A stretch of DNA of 42,500 nt from an uncultured Staphylococcaceae bacterium. Lineage in GTDB: Bacteria > Bacillota_I > Bacilli_A > RFN20 > CAG-826. The translations under genes were made by a program, and so were the position numbers. Shown here piece by piece: positions 1-9,054 of the stretch (position 1 is its first letter; the number at the start of each line of letters is the position of its first letter). The stretch lies in the NCBI GenBank assembly GCA_964395495.1, contig CAYNBG010000001.1, positions 1 through 42,500 on the forward strand, written 5' to 3'. The notes under the pieces are model-generated. The model was not told the DNA's origin. It was given only the letters and a program-made list of their open reading frames with translations, and searched no databases.

Positions 1-41
1 TATATAGATTATAGATAAAAATATCAAGCAAAATTTTTAAT

Positions 42-656
42 CTATATGTTTTCTTTTCTAACAAATGAAAAATCACAAGGATTTGAATCAATTCCTAAAC
101 TATGTTCTCTTTTAAAATCAATAATTTCAATTTGACTATAGCAATAAATATCATTTAAACAAAACACATGAGTTAATTCTTTCATCTTTAATTCTTTACA
201 ATATTTAACATATGGACATCCATTTATATTAAATTTAATATTGTTATTTTTATCATATGATAATAATTCAAAATCAAATCCGCATTTAGATGAAAAATTC
301 ATATCAAATCCTTTCTTAAATATAATAAAAAATTTCTTATTTAATAATTTATTCTTAGTTAATTTATTATATTTTTCACCTAAACTGATCGCTCTAGCTT
401 TACATATCTCTTCTACTATTTTCATAGCATCAGTTTTATTAAATTCGATAATACTTTGATAAATTGCTATTAATGATAAAATACAACCATATACATGTTT
501 TCTTTGTTTATGTGAGACTTTATCTATTTTTCTTAATAACAACTTATATTTATATCTAGCAACTTTAATAATTAAATCTACTTTATCTTTAGTAAAGTAA
601 TCAATTAATTTCTTAGAAAAATATTTAGTATAATTCGATTTATTAAAATAATTCAT
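42..656 (-). CDS. putative L-2-amino-thiazoline-4-carboxylic acid (ATC) hydrolase-family protein
   Basis: 204-aa ORF. The C-terminal half carries a Cys pattern (GCPYVKYC ... VFCLNDIYC ... NPCDFSF) that I recall from the ATC_hydrolase family. Assigned from memory of family motifs only. Confidence 0.45.
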   Translation of the reverse strand: MNYFNKSNYTKYFSKKLIDYFTKDKVDLIIKVARYKYKLLLRKIDKVSHKQRKHVYGCILSLIAIYQSIIEFNKTDAMKIVEEICKARAISLGEKYNKLTKNKLLNKKFFIIFKKGFDMNFSSKCGFDFELLSYDKNNNIKFNINGCPYVKYCKELKMKELTHVFCLNDIYCYSQIEIIDFKREHSLGIDSNPCDFSFVRKENI

Positions 657-665
657 ATCGATAAC

Positions 666-1184
666 CTATTTAACAATAATAGCTAAATTTCTTAAAATAT
701 CATAAGCTTCTTCTTCTAGTTTTTTATTATTGGAAGCACAACATTTACTATCTACAATAATTGGAGTATTAGGAAATAAAGACTTTAAAATAACAGCATT
801 AGATAATACACAAATATTAGTTACTACTCCAATAACTTCAATAGATTCATATTCACTACCCTTTAAAGTAGAAAATAATTTAACACATGGATAAGTATCT
901 TTTTTCAATACTAAATGGTGTGATGCTAAATCATTAATATCTTTATAAAATTTATGGCCTTCACTACCTTCTATACAATGTTTAATAGGCAAGGATTTGC
1001 CTTCAATTGTATCCATATAATCTTCTTTATGAGTATCACTAGTAAATATTACATCATCATTATTTTTTTCATAGTTTAATATCTTTTCTTTAACATTAGG
1101 ATATATTTTAACTGCATCTAAAAATCCTAATGCACCATCTACAAAATCATTTTGATAATCCACAACTAGTAATAACTTTTTCAT
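666..1184 (-). CDS. pncA: nicotinamidase / isochorismatase-family cysteine hydrolase
   Basis: 172 aa. N-terminal LLVVDYQNDF (catalytic Asp), metal-site SDTH...LPIKHCIEGSEG, and nucleophile Cys in VTNICV, all typical of PncA. AGAGG SD upstream. Confidence 0.75.
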   Translation of the reverse strand: MKKLLLVVDYQNDFVDGALGFLDAVKIYPNVKEKILNYEKNNDDVIFTSDTHKEDYMDTIEGKSLPIKHCIEGSEGHKFYKDINDLASHHLVLKKDTYPCVKLFSTLKGSEYESIEVIGVVTNICVLSNAVILKSLFPNTPIIVDSKCCASNNKKLEEEAYDILRNLAIIVK

Positions 1185-1206
1185 AATTTAACCTCTATTA
1201 AATTAT

Positions 1207-1241
1207 AATAAAAATCGTATAGAAATTCATTCTATACGATT
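1207..1241 (-). terminator. rho-independent terminator after pepC
   Basis: 12-bp perfect stem AATCGTATAGAA (1213-1224) / TTCTATACGATT (1230-1241) with a 5-nt loop, followed on the minus strand by a U-rich tract. Confidence 0.75.
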
Positions 1242-1252
1242 AATTATTTAAT

Positions 1253-2656
1253 TTAGAAATTATTTACAGGAGCCCATGGTTCAAGAAGTATTGCTTCACT
1301 TTCATAAGCTTTTAATACATCTTCGCTAAGATATTTTTTATTTACTACAACTTCATAAACGAATTCATCAAACCAATGATCACTCATAACATATGTTCCT
1401 TCAAAGCCATATGTTGAACCCCAAGAATTAGTAACTTTCCATTTATTAGGTTTATTTTTCTTGTCAAGATTAACTCCACTTAACATCATAGCATGGTTAC
1501 AACTTGATGCTCTAAGCATTAATCTATCGCCTTTATCAAAATTTAATTCAACATTAAATACATCGTCATATTGAAATAATTCTGTAGCTAAATAACCTTT
1601 TTTTCTTTCTGAAAATGAACTTACATCACAAGCAAACCAGCATAAATCATTATTCTTTAATGATTCAATTGTAGCTTTTTTCATAACATCTAAAGGAACA
1701 TTAACAGACTTTCCTAATTCTGCTCCATATACATTTTGAGTTAATTTAGAAGAATATGATCTATAAAGTGGGTAGCCTTTAATTGGCCAGTTAACTAGTG
1801 AAACATATTCATCTAAATCTTTTGCAATATACTTGTTAAAGAAATCAATAGGTGTGGACTTAATTGTTTTATATTCAACAACTGGAGAATCATCATCTTT
1901 CTTTTCTTCTTTTTTATCATCATTCTTTTTATCATCTTTTTTAGTGTCGTCAGTTGGTTTATATACAAAAGTAAATTCACTAATAGGTTCTCCAAGACAA
2001 ATCGCTAAAACTCTATAAATTTCTTCTAGCATTTCTTCTTTAGCTGCTCTTAATTCATCAATGGTTTTACCTTCTTTATAACTATTTCTTAAAATAGCTA
2101 CATCTTTAGTAATTAAAGTTTCTAATACAGTATCCATTTGCATACTAGCACTACTTGAAGTTGTTTCATCCATACAAGGTTTAGGAACAACACCATATTT
2201 TTTTACTAAATTAACAAAGAAATGCCAAAAACCACCATCTTGTTGACCACCAAGAGTTAAAATTGTATCCAATATTCTAGAATTATCTTCCTCATCAATA
2301 TAATCTAATACAGATTCTAATTCATAATTTGATTTTTCAAGTTTATCATAAAACATTAAATATGATTGTGATAATTCAATATTAGATACTTTTAAATTCT
2401 TAATTAAGATTCTTCTTAAAACATTAAGTCCTGCAAACATCCAGCATCTACCGCTTTGTTTTTGATTAGTAATAGTACCAATATCTTTTACTTCAATAGA
2501 AAATTGATTACTTAATTCTTTTTCGTAATCAGGATTATAACTAATAGGTCCTACACCATTTACTTTTACTGCGTTTTCGATAACCTTATTAACTTTCTTT
2601 TTATTATAGTTTTTTGAAAACTTTTTAATAACATTTAAATCTAATTCTTTTTCCAT
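1253..2656 (-). CDS. pepC: aminopeptidase C (bleomycin hydrolase family, peptidase C1B)
   Basis: 467 aa. Active-site QKQSGRCWMFAGLN, C-terminal NHAMML...NSWG papain-like His/Asn region, and the typical PepC C-terminus. Contains a Lys/Asp-rich insertion. Confidence 0.85.
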   Translation of the reverse strand: MEKELDLNVIKKFSKNYNKKKVNKVIENAVKVNGVGPISYNPDYEKELSNQFSIEVKDIGTITNQKQSGRCWMFAGLNVLRRILIKNLKVSNIELSQSYLMFYDKLEKSNYELESVLDYIDEEDNSRILDTILTLGGQQDGGFWHFFVNLVKKYGVVPKPCMDETTSSSASMQMDTVLETLITKDVAILRNSYKEGKTIDELRAAKEEMLEEIYRVLAICLGEPISEFTFVYKPTDDTKKDDKKNDDKKEEKKDDDSPVVEYKTIKSTPIDFFNKYIAKDLDEYVSLVNWPIKGYPLYRSYSSKLTQNVYGAELGKSVNVPLDVMKKATIESLKNNDLCWFACDVSSFSERKKGYLATELFQYDDVFNVELNFDKGDRLMLRASSCNHAMMLSGVNLDKKNKPNKWKVTNSWGSTYGFEGTYVMSDHWFDEFVYEVVVNKKYLSEDVLKAYESEAILLEPWAPVNNF

Positions 2657-2721
2657 TATTTATTACCTCAATAATATTTTAATATCAAAAAAAATTTTAA
2701 CAAGTAAAGCACATTTATTTA

Positions 2722-2745
2722 ATAAAAAAAGACTTTATAAAGTCT
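2722..2745 (-). terminator. rho-independent terminator after spx
   Basis: AGACTTTATAAAGTCT palindrome (2730-2745) overlapping the TAG stop, followed on the minus strand by a run of seven U. Confidence 0.6.
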
Positions 2746-3202
2746 ATTTTTTACATCCTTCACAAGTTGAACAACTATTTTCATCCATTGAATTACAATT
2801 ACAATCAATACCATTACACTTATGAGTACAACTCATCTCTGCAATTCTTCTTGCCATAGGAATAAAAGTTCTTATCTCTTCTGGATTATAACCAACTTGA
2901 ACTCTTCTATCATCTACCATAATAGGACGTTTTAAAACAGAAGGATTAGCTTTAATAAATGCAACAAGTTCATTAATCGACATCTCATCAACATCAATCT
3001 TGCCTTCTTTAATAATATTAGATCTTTTAGAAATTATATCATCTGTACCATTTTCGGTTTTACTTAAAATATCTTTAAGTTCTTTTTCATTTAATACACT
3101 TGAAAAAATATTCTTTTCTTTAAAAGGAATATTTTGGTCTTTAAACCATTTTTTAACTTTTCTGCAACTTGCGCAACTAGGTGAAGTATAAATAGTAATC
3201 AT
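2744..3202 (-). CDS. spx: Spx/ArsC-family transcriptional regulator with a Cys-rich C-terminal extension
   Basis: MITIYTSPSCASCRKVKKWF (C10-x-x-C13), ...LKRPIMVDDRRVQVGYNPEEIRTFIP. I place the start at the ATG at 3202; the track ORF runs further upstream to 3250. The TAG stop lies inside the terminator stem. Confidence 0.8.
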   Translation of the reverse strand: MITIYTSPSCASCRKVKKWFKDQNIPFKEKNIFSSVLNEKELKDILSKTENGTDDIISKRSNIIKEGKIDVDEMSINELVAFIKANPSVLKRPIMVDDRRVQVGYNPEEIRTFIPMARRIAEMSCTHKCNGIDCNCNSMDENSCSTCEGCKK

Positions 3203-3251
3203 ATGATAAATAATACTATTTTTATAACAATTTTTAAAGTGACAAAACATT

Positions 3252-3292
3252 AAAAAAAGTGCAATTTACATATAAAATTGCACTTATTTTTT
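3252..3292 (-). terminator. rho-independent (bidirectional-looking) terminator ending the enoate reductase/AcnX/membrane-protein operon
   Basis: 11-bp stem AAGTGCAATTT (3257-3267) / AAATTGCACTT (3275-3285), 7-nt loop, with an A-run and a T-run on the flanks. Confidence 0.75.
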
Positions 3293-3298
3293 AAAAAT

Positions 3299-3673
3299 CT
3301 ACTTATTTTCTTCTTTGTTATCTTCTTTAGTTTCTTCTACTGGAGCAACTTCACTTTCACCTTTACTTCCACCAACAATTGAAGCGATTTCATCTTCTCC
3401 TTCTGGTTTCCAACAAAGATATAAAATACCACCAATTAAGCTAGCAAATATTAATGTAAATACACCTAATACAATGCTTTTTTTATTCTTTGATAAAAAT
3501 GATAATGTTATTGCATTTAAAGTTACTGCTAAAGCAATTTGACAAATTGCATAAACAATAATTAATGCTAAATATTGAGGATAATCTTTAACTCCTCCAA
3601 TAATTGTAAATACTGCAAATAACGAATATACTACAATACCAATAATTAAAAATACTTTACATGCTTTTTTCAT
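3299..3673 (-). CDS. small integral membrane protein, unknown function (about 3-4 TM segments, acidic C-terminal tail)
   Basis: 124-aa ORF with hydrophobic segments (VFLIIGIVVYSLFAVFTIIGG, ALIIVYAICQIALAVTL, VLGVFTLIFASLIGGILYLCW). Last gene before a strong terminator. 20 nt downstream of the AcnX small subunit. Confidence 0.5.
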   Translation of the reverse strand: MKKACKVFLIIGIVVYSLFAVFTIIGGVKDYPQYLALIIVYAICQIALAVTLNAITLSFLSKNKKSIVLGVFTLIFASLIGGILYLCWKPEGEDEIASIVGGSKGESEVAPVEETKEDNKEENK

Positions 3674-3693
3674 AATTTAAATTCTCCTTTATT

Positions 3694-4134
3694 TTATAAT
3701 AATATAACCGTCCCATCTTCTTTAATTTCGAGTTTATCTCCAGTTTTAACTGTTTCTAAGAATTCTTTTCCTAATTTATCAATGCAAATAATGTCGGAAT
3801 TTTGCCAAACTTTAGAAAGAACGATGCCACTAGCAGCTAAACTATCGATCTCTTCACTAAATAAGAAAGCTCGAGGATTGATTTTCATATCACAAACTGT
3901 TTGAATAACTAATCCTCCAGTTGTAGATCCAATTGTAATTGGTAAACATAAGATTTTGTTTGTAATATCAACTCCATATAAATCTTTATTGTTTTGATCA
4001 CTTACAATTACTTTTTTCTTTTTCATTAATGCTGATTTTTGAAAACTAGCTAAAGTGTTAAAACCTTGATGTGAAACACAAGCTTCACCTTTAAAATTCC
4101 CTTTAGCAATAACTCTACCTTTAAATTCTTTCAT
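3694..4134 (-). CDS. aconitase X swivel-domain protein (DUF126, AcnX small subunit)
   Basis: 146 aa. GRVIAKGNFKGEACV ... LCLPITIGSTTGGLVIQ ... pattern typical of DUF126. Stop of the upstream DUF521 gene is 2 nt away. Confidence 0.7.
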   Translation of the reverse strand: MKEFKGRVIAKGNFKGEACVSHQGFNTLASFQKSALMKKKKVIVSDQNNKDLYGVDITNKILCLPITIGSTTGGLVIQTVCDMKINPRAFLFSEEIDSLAASGIVLSKVWQNSDIICIDKLGKEFLETVKTGDKLEIKEDGTVILL

Positions 4135-4136
4135 AA

Positions 4137-5438
4137 TTAATAAACCCTTTCTCCACTAATTAATTTAAGTATATCTTCATCTTTAAAATAACGAGCCATA
4201 GAATAAGTTCTTAATTTATTAGAATTCGTAATAATAGCTTTTTTATGTACTAAAGGATTATTAGTATACATTAATGGACATATCGAAGATACTGTAACAC
4301 CCATTGCATAAATATCATCATAAATATCTTTATGCTCTGCAATTAATTTATTTTTAACTTTAGGCGCTACAGTTAAAACAACATTACAAGCAACTTTATT
4401 CTTATTATGTTTAGCTAAACTCTCTTTAATATCATCATGCCATTTAATAATTTGAGTTAATGTTAAATGAGGACATCCAATAAAACATAATTCAGGTGCT
4501 TTATCTTTCTTTTTCCACATATTTGGATATGATTTATAAACTCTTTCAAGTTCATCATCATCAATAACATAAACTTTAGCATCTTCTTTAATTAATTTTT
4601 CTTTTAATTCCTTTGCTTCAGGAGTTAAGTTATCAACATGATATAAACCAACTGCACCATTACTAGCACTAGCTGCTCCCATATCTTTTAAATAACCTTC
4701 ATTTTCATCGTTTAATTCGCTTCCAATGAATTTGTCTAACCCATAAATATAAGGAACATCTTCCATTACTTTCATACCGATAGCACTACCTAAGATTTGC
4801 GCTTCAGGAATTTTAGTTGTTTTAACTTCAATAATCCAACTAGCCTTTCTATTTTCATCAAGAAGTAAGCCAAACTCTGGTACAAAACCTAATATAGAAC
4901 CAAATAAATCCAACATGCCTGAATTTCTATTACATCTTGCACCCAAAACCGAATTAGCAAAAACAACTGCACTACTTTCAGCCCATGAAAGAATATCTCC
5001 TTTTTTAGGTCTATTGCCACATTCAGATAAATAGCAAGTACAACTAAATGAATCTAAATCAGTTAATCCAGCTTTTAATAATTCATCTTCGTATTCTTTT
5101 TGTTTACCATATAAAATCTTATTAAATACAATCTTTTCTAAAGGGTTACATTTAACATTCTTATAATCTAGTGGTCTAGGATCAATTGTAAATCCACCTT
5201 TAGCTTTAATATTTTCTTTATTAATCTCTTCCATTGTTCCATATAATGGTTTTAATAAAGGAATACCAAACGATGTAACTAAATGACCTTGTAAATGAGT
5301 AACATTTACCATTCTTTTTGCATTAAAGATATCTCCAAAAAGAACTAATGTTTCCATCATTTTTCTTTTTGTTTCACCTTCTTTGCCTTCTAAAATTGCA
5401 ATCTGTTCATCGGTCAATTTCATCTTATAATCAATCAT
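4137..5438 (-). CDS. aconitase X catalytic-domain protein (DUF521, AcnX large subunit)
   Basis: N-terminus MKLTDEQIAILEGKEGETKRKMMETLVLFGDIF and the FIGCPH motif are typical of DUF521. Start chosen at ATG 5438, 7 nt after AGGAG (5446-5450). The track start at 5444 is a TTG. Confidence 0.72.
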   Translation of the reverse strand: MIDYKMKLTDEQIAILEGKEGETKRKMMETLVLFGDIFNAKRMVNVTHLQGHLVTSFGIPLLKPLYGTMEEINKENIKAKGGFTIDPRPLDYKNVKCNPLEKIVFNKILYGKQKEYEDELLKAGLTDLDSFSCTCYLSECGNRPKKGDILSWAESSAVVFANSVLGARCNRNSGMLDLFGSILGFVPEFGLLLDENRKASWIIEVKTTKIPEAQILGSAIGMKVMEDVPYIYGLDKFIGSELNDENEGYLKDMGAASASNGAVGLYHVDNLTPEAKELKEKLIKEDAKVYVIDDDELERVYKSYPNMWKKKDKAPELCFIGCPHLTLTQIIKWHDDIKESLAKHNKNKVACNVVLTVAPKVKNKLIAEHKDIYDDIYAMGVTVSSICPLMYTNNPLVHKKAIITNSNKLRTYSMARYFKDEDILKLISGERVY

Positions 5439-5452
5439 AATCAATCTCCTAA

Positions 5453-7513
5453 TTATAATTTAGTAGCAATATCCCATGCTCTCCATATAACAGTTTTTAA
5501 GTTCCCGACTTTTAAACAATCTCCAACTAAATGAACATGTTTATTCTCTTCAGCAAGTGGAGAAGGAATATAGCCAACACTCATAATAACTTTATCAGCC
5601 TTAACAGTAATTTCTTTACCATCATTATTTATAACAACTTCGCCTTCTTTAATTTCTTTAACACCAGACTTTAAATAAACTGGAGTTTTATGTAAATCAA
5701 AGTAATCTCTTAAATATGAAGAGTTAGCAAGACATACACCTCTTGCTCTAATCAAATCATCTTGCATTTCAACAATAGATACATTTTTACCATGTTTTGA
5801 TAAATCATAAGCGATTTCACAACCAGTTAATCCTCCACCAATAATTACTACATTATCTGGTAAGTTGTTATCATCTTTTGATTTTAAATATGTAACAGCA
5901 TCAACTGCAAATTCACTACCTTTTAATTTTAACTTTCTAGCTTTACTACCAGTTGAAATAACAATTTCATCCTCTTTTAAAGTAGAAATATCTTTAATTT
6001 CGGTATTAAATCTAACTTCGATATTATATTTTTTAATTTGGTTAGCATACCAAGCTAAAAGCTCTTTATCTTTTTCTTTAAAATCAAAATTACTAGCTTC
6101 ATTAAATACTCCACCAAGTCTATTTGATTTTTCATAAATTGTAACCTTATGGCCTCTTAATGTAGCAACTAATGCAACTTCAAGTCCGCCAACACCAGCA
6201 CCAACAACAGCTACAGTCTTACTCTTTTTAGCTTTTTTAATGTCATATTTATGACCATGCATTGTTTGAGGATTTAATGCACAACGTGCCATGTGAGCAC
6301 TATCTTCAAAAGCTTGATCATTAGCAGCACCTTTATAACTTGCCATATTAAAACATCCATTGTGGCAGCAAATACAAGGTTTTGTTTCTTCTTCTTTTTC
6401 ATTTATTAACTTAGTAACCCATTCTGGATCAACTAAGAATTGTCTAGCTACACCAACTGCATCAATTTCATTATTTTTAATAGCCTCACTTGCTACACCC
6501 ATCTCCATTCTTCCAGCGCATACAACAGGAATAGAAACATGTTTTTTAATCTCTTTAACATCTTCAAGATTACAATTAGTTGGCATATATCCTGGTGGAT
6601 GCGCCCAATACCAAGCATCATATGTTCCGTTATCTGCATTTAACATATCATAGCCAGCATCCTCTAAATATTTAGCAGCTTTAATAGATTCTTCCATAGT
6701 TCTTCCAACTTCTTTATAATCTTTTTCTTCAGGAAGAGCACCTTTTTGAAATCCTTTAGTTTTACTTACAGCTGAATATCTTAAAGATACAGGGAAATCC
6801 TCACCACAAGCCTTTTTAATAGCTTTAACAATTTCTACAGGGAAACGATATCTATTTTCAAAACTTCCGCCATATTCATCATCTCTATGATTTGTATATG
6901 GTAAAGTAAATTGGTCAAGAAGATAACCTTCATGGACAGCATGAACTTCAATGCCATCAACATCGGCATCTTTACATAATTTAGCAATTTTTGCAAATGC
7001 TTCAATCATCTTTTCAATTTCTTTTTTAGTTAATGGTCTACAAACAATTGTTTCATCCCATCTATTAGGTAATTCGCTAGGAGAAGCACAAAGATAACTT
7101 GCATTAATAATAGGTTTAGCAATTGTTCCTAAAAATTTATTCTTACATAAACCTCTTAAATCATTTGTAATAGCAAATGATCTACCAAAACCTGCCGTAA
7201 GTTGAACAAATAATTTAGCACCTGTTTTATGGATTTCAGCCATAAACTTTTTAAGTTCTTTATATTTGCCTTTTCCTTGATACAACCATTTTCCAAATAA
7301 TGTATCTTTAATTGGAGCAATACCTGGAATAATTAAGCCAACATTATTTTGAGCTCTCTTTAAAAAGAATTCTGCGGCTTCTTTATCAAAATGATTAGGC
7401 TCCATCCAACCAAAAAGGCTGGTTCCTCCCATAGGACAAAGGACGATTCTATTTTTAATCGTTACTTTACCTATATTCCAAGGAGTGAACAAACTTTCAT
7501 ATTTTTTATCCAT
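5453..7513 (-). CDS. NADH:flavin oxidoreductase of the 2-enoate reductase / 2,4-dienoyl-CoA reductase family (OYE barrel + 4Fe-4S + FAD/NAD domain)
   Basis: OYE-like N-terminus (IKNRIVLCPMGG), Cys cluster CICCHNGC...RCALNP, and Rossmann motifs VAVVGAGVGGLEVA and VVIIGGGLTGCE. Start set at ATG 7513, preceded by AGAGGAAA. The extra 25 aa in the track ORF are AT-rich leader. Confidence 0.82.
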   Translation of the reverse strand: MDKKYESLFTPWNIGKVTIKNRIVLCPMGGTSLFGWMEPNHFDKEAAEFFLKRAQNNVGLIIPGIAPIKDTLFGKWLYQGKGKYKELKKFMAEIHKTGAKLFVQLTAGFGRSFAITNDLRGLCKNKFLGTIAKPIINASYLCASPSELPNRWDETIVCRPLTKKEIEKMIEAFAKIAKLCKDADVDGIEVHAVHEGYLLDQFTLPYTNHRDDEYGGSFENRYRFPVEIVKAIKKACGEDFPVSLRYSAVSKTKGFQKGALPEEKDYKEVGRTMEESIKAAKYLEDAGYDMLNADNGTYDAWYWAHPPGYMPTNCNLEDVKEIKKHVSIPVVCAGRMEMGVASEAIKNNEIDAVGVARQFLVDPEWVTKLINEKEEETKPCICCHNGCFNMASYKGAANDQAFEDSAHMARCALNPQTMHGHKYDIKKAKKSKTVAVVGAGVGGLEVALVATLRGHKVTIYEKSNRLGGVFNEASNFDFKEKDKELLAWYANQIKKYNIEVRFNTEIKDISTLKEDEIVISTGSKARKLKLKGSEFAVDAVTYLKSKDDNNLPDNVVIIGGGLTGCEIAYDLSKHGKNVSIVEMQDDLIRARGVCLANSSYLRDYFDLHKTPVYLKSGVKEIKEGEVVINNDGKEITVKADKVIMSVGYIPSPLAEENKHVHLVGDCLKVGNLKTVIWRAWDIATKL

Positions 7514-7609
7514 TTTTTGTTTCCTCTTTTTAATATTTATAATAATATTATAAATTATTAAACTGAATAAATCGATATTTTTTAACACTAATAATTTATG
7601 TAAGCATTA

Positions 7610-7637
7610 AAAAAGTGTGGTATTATCCACACTTTTT
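7610..7637 (-). terminator. rho-independent terminator after rplQ (end of the alpha operon)
   Basis: AAAAAGTGTGG-tattat-CCACACTTTTT: GC-containing stem 7615-7620/7627-7632, flanked by A5 and T5. Confidence 0.8.
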
Positions 7638-7651
7638 AATTAATTATTAAA

Positions 7652-8047
7652 TTAGTCAGCTAAAGTTAATAATCTAATTGGAGCGTTATCACCTTTTCTA
7701 TTTTCAAGTTTATAGACTTTTAAATAACCACCATTTCTTGAAGCAAAACGTGTTTTTAATTCATTAAATAACTTATCTAATGCTTCTGGTTTTCCTTCAA
7801 CATTGTAATTCTTTAAAATACTTGCAGCTTGTCTTCTTGAATGGAGATCGCCTCTTTTAGCTAAAGTAACTAAATGATCAAATTGTTTAATAACAGGTTT
7901 AACCATTGATCTTGTAACTGTAACTTTTTCATAAATGACAAGTTCAGTGACTAAATTTCTTACTTGAGCTTTTTGTTTACTACTGGTATAAGGAGTCTTG
8001 AAACGGACACCACCTTTACCATGAACATTCTTTCTTCCGATTTGCAT
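7652..8047 (-). CDS. rplQ: 50S ribosomal protein L17
   Basis: LAKRGDLHSRRQAA motif. Last gene of the alpha operon, after rpoA. Confidence 0.95.
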   Translation of the reverse strand: MQIGRKNVHGKGGVRFKTPYTSSKQKAQVRNLVTELVIYEKVTVTRSMVKPVIKQFDHLVTLAKRGDLHSRRQAASILKNYNVEGKPEALDKLFNELKTRFASRNGGYLKVYKLENRKGDNAPIRLLTLAD

Positions 8048-8058
8048 ATCATTTCTCC

Positions 8059-9036
8059 TTAAATACGTTCATCTTTGAAGTGTAAACCTTTTTGAGCTAA
8101 CTTATCTTTAACTTCTTTAAGTGATTTCTTTCCAAGATTTCTATATTTCATCATTTCAAGTTCACTCTTTTGAGTTAATTCTCTAACATCTTGAATGCCA
8201 GCTCTCTTTAAACAGTTATAACTTCTTACGCTTAAATCTAAATCTTCAATTGATAAATTTTCAAATGTTTCTTCTTGTTTAGCTTCTTGAGATTTTTCTA
8301 AAGATAATTCTTTAAATTTTTCTTCAAGATTGAAGAAGTTTTCAAAATGTTCAATTAACATCTTGCTTGCTAAACTAACAGCATCAATAGGTTTAATTGA
8401 ACCATTTGTCCAAACTTCTAATGTAAGTTTATCAAAACGTGGATCATGACCAACACGTGTTTGATCAACTTTATAATTTACTCTAACAATTGGGGAATAG
8501 TTACTATCTGTAGCAATGCTTCCTTGAACTGTTAAATAAGCTTTGTTTTCTTCGCTAGTTGCATAGCCTCTACCATTTTTAATATGTAATACCATATGTA
8601 AATGGCCACCATCACTAATATGAGCAATAACTAACTCTTTATTAACGACTGTTAAACCTGTAGGAGTTACAAAGTCACCAGCAGTTAAAACTTTCTCTCC
8701 ATCAACATCAATAGTTACTTCATATTCAGCTTCACCGACTGTATCAGATTCAAGAACTAAGTCTTTTAAGTTTAAGATGATTTGTGTTAAATCTTCTTCA
8801 ACGCCTTTTAAAGCTGAGAATTCATGAACTGCGCCTTCAACTTCAATTGCGTAGACACTAGTTCCTGGTAAACTTGATAAAAGAACTCTTCTCATTGCAT
8901 TACCAAGTGTTAAACCAAAGCCTCTTTCGAGTGGTTCAGCAACTAATTTGCAATAATTTTCTTCTTCTAAGTTAACGGCGATTTTGAATATAGGCTTTTC
9001 AAATGGATGAGCAATTTTTAAATCATTTTCTGCCAT
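8059..9036 (-). CDS. rpoA: DNA-directed RNA polymerase subunit alpha
   Basis: 325 aa. GFGLTLGNAMRRVLLSSLPG, C-terminal domain LSVRSYNCLKRAGI. Conserved position. Confidence 0.97.
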   Translation of the reverse strand: MAENDLKIAHPFEKPIFKIAVNLEEENYCKLVAEPLERGFGLTLGNAMRRVLLSSLPGTSVYAIEVEGAVHEFSALKGVEEDLTQIILNLKDLVLESDTVGEAEYEVTIDVDGEKVLTAGDFVTPTGLTVVNKELVIAHISDGGHLHMVLHIKNGRGYATSEENKAYLTVQGSIATDSNYSPIVRVNYKVDQTRVGHDPRFDKLTLEVWTNGSIKPIDAVSLASKMLIEHFENFFNLEEKFKELSLEKSQEAKQEETFENLSIEDLDLSVRSYNCLKRAGIQDVRELTQKSELEMMKYRNLGKKSLKEVKDKLAQKGLHFKDERI

Positions 9037-9054
9037 TTCTTGTTTCTCCTTTCA

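Noticed and set aside
7514-7588. Upstream in-frame extensions offered by the ORF track: 7514-7588 on the flavoprotein gene, 3203-3250 on spx, 33453-33491 on tsaC, 5439-5444 on AcnX-L.
   Set aside because: The extensions are AT-rich and non-conserved-looking, and they lack SDs. Internal ATGs with well-spaced GGAGG/AGAGG sites coincide with the conserved family N-termini.
7623-7631. Perfect DnaA-box consensus TTATCCACA.
   Set aside because: It is a single copy forming the 3' arm of the rplQ terminator hairpin. There is no cluster of boxes, no AT-rich unwinding element context and no dnaA/dnaN nearby. It is most likely coincidental.
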